DNA from: Bacteroidota bacterium
GTDB taxonomy: Bacteria > Bacteroidota > Bacteroidia > M30B66
Reading direction: 5' to 3'
Assembly: GCA_947497195.1 (NCBI GenBank)
Contig: CANMGM010000001.1
Coordinates: 1-39,177 of the forward strand
DNA length: 39,177 bases
Below the pieces are notes generated by a model, which was not told the origin of the DNA, ran no database searches, and was given only the letters and a program-made list of their open reading frames with translations. Shown one piece after another: positions 35,981 to 39,177 of this stretch; position 1 is the first letter of the stretch, and each line of letters begins with the position of its first letter. Position numbers and translations under genes: made by a program.

Positions 35981-36613
35981 TTATGGAATGTTCATGTATT
36001 TGTGCGTTTGCAAAGATATCCGCCAGGCAGGATTATCCTTAACAAAATCAATTATATTGGATATCATCTGTTCCGATTTGCTCCATTCGGGCTGCAGAAA
36101 CAGCAGGCAATTCACAGAAACTTCGGCCCGATATTGTTCAGCCCATTCGAAATCACTTTTATTAAACACAATCACCTTCAGTTCATCGGCCCGTTGCAGA
36201 ACAGATGCAAGCGGCTTTTTGAATTTCTTTGGCGATAAACACACCCAATCAAAATTGCCCGAAAGCGGGTATGCGCCTGATGTTTCCAGAAAAACTTTCA
36301 GTCCCGAAGCCTTAAGCAAATTCGTTAATGGGTCTAAATTGTATAACAAAGGTTCGCCACCTGTAATAACAATCGATTTGGCCTTGAACGAAAGTGCCTT
36401 ATTTACCACTTCCGAAATGGGTGTTAGGGGATGAAGCGTTGGGTTCCACGATTCTTTTACATCGCACCAATGACAACCCACATCGCAGCCTCCCAACCGA
36501 ATAAAATATGCTGCATATCCAGTGTTTCCGCCTTCACCCTGAATGGTATAAAAATCTTCCATAACCGGAAGCACTTCGCCGTTTTCGAGCGCAATGCGAA
36601 CATCGGCGACCAA
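35981..36613 (-). CDS. queE: 7-carboxy-7-deazaguanine synthase (radical SAM)
   Basis: LPVMEDFYTIQGEGGNTG.AAYFIRLGGCDVGCHWCD contains the CxxxCxxC cluster. The ORF-track start (36718) would overlap folD by 97 nt. TTG 36613 (8 nt after the folD stop) gives a 210-aa product. GTG 36574 and ATG 36562 remain possible. Confidence 0.8.
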   Translation of the reverse strand: MVADVRIALENGEVLPVMEDFYTIQGEGGNTGYAAYFIRLGGCDVGCHWCDVKESWNPTLHPLTPISEVVNKALSFKAKSIVITGGEPLLYNLDPLTNLLKASGLKVFLETSGAYPLSGNFDWVCLSPKKFKKPLASVLQRADELKVIVFNKSDFEWAEQYRAEVSVNCLLFLQPEWSKSEQMISNIIDFVKDNPAWRISLQTHKYMNIP

Positions 36614-36621
36614 TGTAGCTT

Positions 36622-37503
36622 TTAAATCTGTGTATTCCGGCTCCACGCTTCGAATGTATTTTGCATTAAGGCTGCTATGGTCATTGCGCCTACACCTCCA
36701 GGAACAGGAGTAATCCACGATGCTTTTCGACTTACTTCATCAAATGCAACATCACCTTTTAGAGTATACCCTTTCGGATTAGACGCATCGCTAACCCGCG
36801 TAATTCCGACATCTACCACCACAGCGCCCTCCTTCACCATATGCGCCTTCACAAACTCAGGTTTGCCTAATGCTGCAACCAACAAGTCGGCTTGCACTAA
36901 AATCTCTTCAATGTTTTTTGTTTTGCTGTGGCAAAGTGTAACCGTACAATTTCCGGGTTCTGCATTGCGTGCAAGTAAAACGCTCATCGGACTTCCCACA
37001 ATATGGCTTCGTCCCAGCACCACCGCATGCATGCCACTTGTTCGAATGCCATTGTGCTCCAACAACATCATAATTCCCTTGGGCGTTGCCGGAATAAACG
37101 AGGGCAAGCCAAGCATCATGCGCCCAAGATTTTCGGGGTGAAACCCATCTACGTCTTTGGCCGGGTCGATTGCGAGCGTAATAGTATCGTTGTTGATGTG
37201 CGCCGGTAAGGGCAACTGAACCAAAATTCCATCTATCGATGCATTGGAATTAAACGTATTCACCGCATCAAGCAATTCAGCCTCTGTTACCTTGCTTTCG
37301 AAACGAAGCAAGGTCGACTCAAAACCAAGTTCTGCGCAGGTCTTTACTTTGGATGCGATGTAGGTCTCGCTCGCTCCGTCGTTTCCTACTAAAATAGCTG
37401 CCAGATGGGGCTTTCGAATGCCTTTCGACGTTTCTGCCAAAACCTGTTGAGCTATTTTTGATTTATACGCCTGGGCGCAGGCTTTACCGTCCAACAGCTG
37501 CAT
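36622..37503 (-). CDS. folD: bifunctional methylenetetrahydrofolate dehydrogenase / methenyltetrahydrofolate cyclohydrolase
   Basis: LDGK......K.......P.LA.ILVG.D.AS..Y...K...C...G, ILVQLPLP, GRS.IVG.P...LL and PVPGGVG.MTIA.L motifs. Confidence 0.95.
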   Translation of the reverse strand: MQLLDGKACAQAYKSKIAQQVLAETSKGIRKPHLAAILVGNDGASETYIASKVKTCAELGFESTLLRFESKVTEAELLDAVNTFNSNASIDGILVQLPLPAHINNDTITLAIDPAKDVDGFHPENLGRMMLGLPSFIPATPKGIMMLLEHNGIRTSGMHAVVLGRSHIVGSPMSVLLARNAEPGNCTVTLCHSKTKNIEEILVQADLLVAALGKPEFVKAHMVKEGAVVVDVGITRVSDASNPKGYTLKGDVAFDEVSRKASWITPVPGGVGAMTIAALMQNTFEAWSRNTQI

Positions 37504-37504
37504 G

Positions 37505-38839
37505 TTATTGGCGCATTTTCGGCATGTTGCGCATCATCGAAGCCATCGCCGCCGGATTGTTCATCATCTTCATCATTTTCCGCATTTCCTCGAATTGCTT
37601 CAATAGCTTGTTCACATCCTGCAAGGTTGTACCACTTCCTTTTGCGATACGTGTCCTGCGGCTTCCGTTTATAATTGAAGGCTCTTCACGCTCCTCCGGT
37701 GTCATCGACATAATCATGGCTTCAATGCTTTTGAATGCATCATCGTCGATATCGGCATCCTTAATGGCTTTGCCGGCACCCGGAATCATCCCCACCAAAT
37801 CTTTGATGTTGCCCATCTTTTTAATCTGTTGGATTTGCTCGTAGAAATCCATCAGATTAAAGGTGTTTTTCGCAATTTTTTTCTGCAGTTTCCGCGCTTG
37901 CTCCTCATCAAAATTCTCTTGAGCGCGCTCCACAAGCGATACAATATCACCCATGCCGAGAATCCTTTCGGCCATTCGGTTTGGATAAAAAATATCCAGG
38001 GCCTCCATTTTCTCGCCGGTACCCACAAACTTGATGGGTTTATCGACCACCGAACGGATGGTTAATGCCGCTCCACCGCGTGTATCGCCATCGAGTTTGG
38101 TTAATACAACTCCGTCGTAATCGATGCGCTCGTTAAAGGCTTTCGCTGTATTCACCGCATCCTGACCGGTCATGGAGTCTACCACAAATAAAGTCTCCTG
38201 CGGCCTAACAGCTTGCTTAACTGCGGCAATTTCCTGCATCATTTGCTCATCGATAGCAAGTCGACCGACGGTATCGATGATGATTACATTTTTACCGCTT
38301 GCCGTGCCGTGGGCAATGGCCGCTTGTGCGATGGCAACGGGATTTTTGTTTTCCTCATCGGCAAAAACTTCAACGCCAATCTGCTCGCCGAGCACTTTTA
38401 TTTGATTTATCGCAGCCGGACGATACACATCGCCTGCTACCAGCAATACATTTCGATTCTTTTTAGTTTTCAGGTAATTCGCGAGTTTTCCCGAAAACGT
38501 AGTTTTACCACTTCCCTGCAACCCGGCGATCAAAATAACGGCGGGCGATCCGTTTAGATTGATATCGGTTTTGTCGCCGCCCATAAGCTCCGTCAGCTCA
38601 TCGCGGGTAATTTTAACAAGTAGTTGCCCAGGCGAAATCGCAGTTAATACATTCTCACCGAGTGCCTTTTCCTTCACCTTATCGGTAAAGTCCTTGGCTA
38701 TTTTATAATTCACATCGGCATCGAGCAAGGCTTTCCGAATCTCCTTAACCGTTTCGGCAACATTGATTTCGGTAATCTTGCCCTGACCTTTCAGGACCTT
38801 GAACGCACGTTCAAATTTTTCGCTTAAATTCTCAAACAT
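37505..38839 (-). CDS. ffh: signal recognition particle protein Ffh
   Basis: MFENLSEKF......L.G.G.ITE.N, GTPase motifs [14 protein letters not shown] and TKLDGD.RGGAAL, and a Met-rich M domain ([19 protein letters not shown]). Confidence 0.97.
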   Translation of the reverse strand: MFENLSEKFERAFKVLKGQGKITEINVAETVKEIRKALLDADVNYKIAKDFTDKVKEKALGENVLTAISPGQLLVKITRDELTELMGGDKTDINLNGSPAVILIAGLQGSGKTTFSGKLANYLKTKKNRNVLLVAGDVYRPAAINQIKVLGEQIGVEVFADEENKNPVAIAQAAIAHGTASGKNVIIIDTVGRLAIDEQMMQEIAAVKQAVRPQETLFVVDSMTGQDAVNTAKAFNERIDYDGVVLTKLDGDTRGGAALTIRSVVDKPIKFVGTGEKMEALDIFYPNRMAERILGMGDIVSLVERAQENFDEEQARKLQKKIAKNTFNLMDFYEQIQQIKKMGNIKDLVGMIPGAGKAIKDADIDDDAFKSIEAMIMSMTPEEREEPSIINGSRRTRIAKGSGTTLQDVNKLLKQFEEMRKMMKMMNNPAAMASMMRNMPKMRQ

Positions 38840-38867
38840 AAAGCGCTTATCGGTTTATTAAAGCCCG

Positions 38868-38875
38868 CAAAATTA
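38868..38875 (-). promoter_or_regulatory. Bacteroidetes -7 promoter element (TAatTTTG on minus strand)
   Basis: The plus strand reads caaaatta, which is TAATTTTG on the minus strand, 28 nt upstream of the ffh ATG. Confidence 0.45.
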
Positions 38876-38944
38876 ATAAAATGAATGCTTCGTTTGATGG
38901 ATTTTTCGGTCTTCATTTTTTTGGAAGGAATGTGCAGCCCTTGC

Positions 38945-38952
38945 TATTTTTG
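38945..38952 (+). promoter_or_regulatory. Bacteroidetes -7 promoter element (TAttTTTG)
   Basis: Exact TAnnTTTG match ending 6 nt before ATG 38959. Confidence 0.4.
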
Positions 38953-38958
38953 CGCGCA

Positions 38959-39177
38959 ATGAAAAGGCTCATTTTTTTTAGCATCGCAACAATTTTCAAT
39001 CTGAATGCAATTGCGCAATCATTTGATTCATTATACGCACTTAAAGGATCCAAAAAATATTTTTACGCCGATTATTCGGGAGCTCGAATTACAGATGAAA
39101 AATTTACACTTTCCAGGCCGTTTTCGAATAAGTTGGCCGTGGCATCCGATAAATCATACAGCGGTTTATTCCCACCC
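38959..39177 (+). CDS. exported protein, partial (N-terminal 73 aa); possibly WG-repeat type
   Basis: Manual translation MKRLIFFSIATIFNLNAIAQSFDSLYALKGSKKYFYADYSGARITDEKFTLSRPFSNKLAVASDKSYSGLFPP is open to the window end. It has a signal peptide, and the Y.YaD.sG..I......a..FS..LA.. spacing resembles WG/KWG repeats. An in-frame upstream ATG (38881) is less likely. Confidence 0.45.
   Translation, partial: MKRLIFFSIATIFNLNAIAQSFDSLYALKGSKKYFYADYSGARITDEKFTLSRPFSNKLAVASDKSYSGLFPP

Noticed and set aside
1-39177. CRISPR arrays, IS elements or transposases, integrases, prophage genes, retrons, DGRs, toxin-antitoxin pairs.
   Set aside because: There are no regularly spaced direct repeats and no ORF with DDE, tyrosine or serine recombinase, reverse transcriptase or typical toxin motifs. 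Every ORF over 100 aa that is not a shadow frame is accounted for.

Overview
The window reads as a Bacteroidota (Flavobacteriia/Cytophagia-like) chromosomal segment. Three things support this. It carries type IX secretion system (T9SS) genes: a PorQ-like barrel, the 2418-aa SprA translocon, one type-A and one type-B C-terminal-sorting-domain cargo. The Bacteroidetes -7 promoter motif TAnnTTTG sits directly upstream of 11 genes. Shine-Dalgarno sequences are almost absent. About two thirds of the window is ordinary core genome: cmk, ispH, rpsA, pyrR-pyrB, rnz, rlmD, rocD, a sirtuin, maeB, ruvA, gcvH, queE, folD and ffh. All reading frames are intact under the standard genetic code. I saw no rRNA, tRNA, CRISPR array, transposase, integrase or recognisable defence or toxin-antitoxin module. 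The only accessory-looking part is about 25.6-36 kb. It holds VanZ, two small AT-rich exported proteins of no recognisable family, and a GT87/DUF2029 (GT-C fold) membrane glycosyltransferase whose GTG start directly abuts the stop of an OmpA/TPR/PD40 gene. It also holds a 1232-aa type-B CTD adhesin and a GT2 fused to a membrane scaffold with what looks like a gutted phosphoglycosyl-transferase domain. The best candidate for something undescribed is this minus-strand block (26953-35977). A type-B T9SS adhesin dense in Bacteroidetes O-glycosylation sequons lacks the usual downstream PorP/SprF gene and is bracketed by GT2 and GT-C enzymes. That reading is a hypothesis from gene order and motifs, not a demonstrated system. 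All functional calls rest on motif and family recognition by eye from the supplied translations; no database search was possible.
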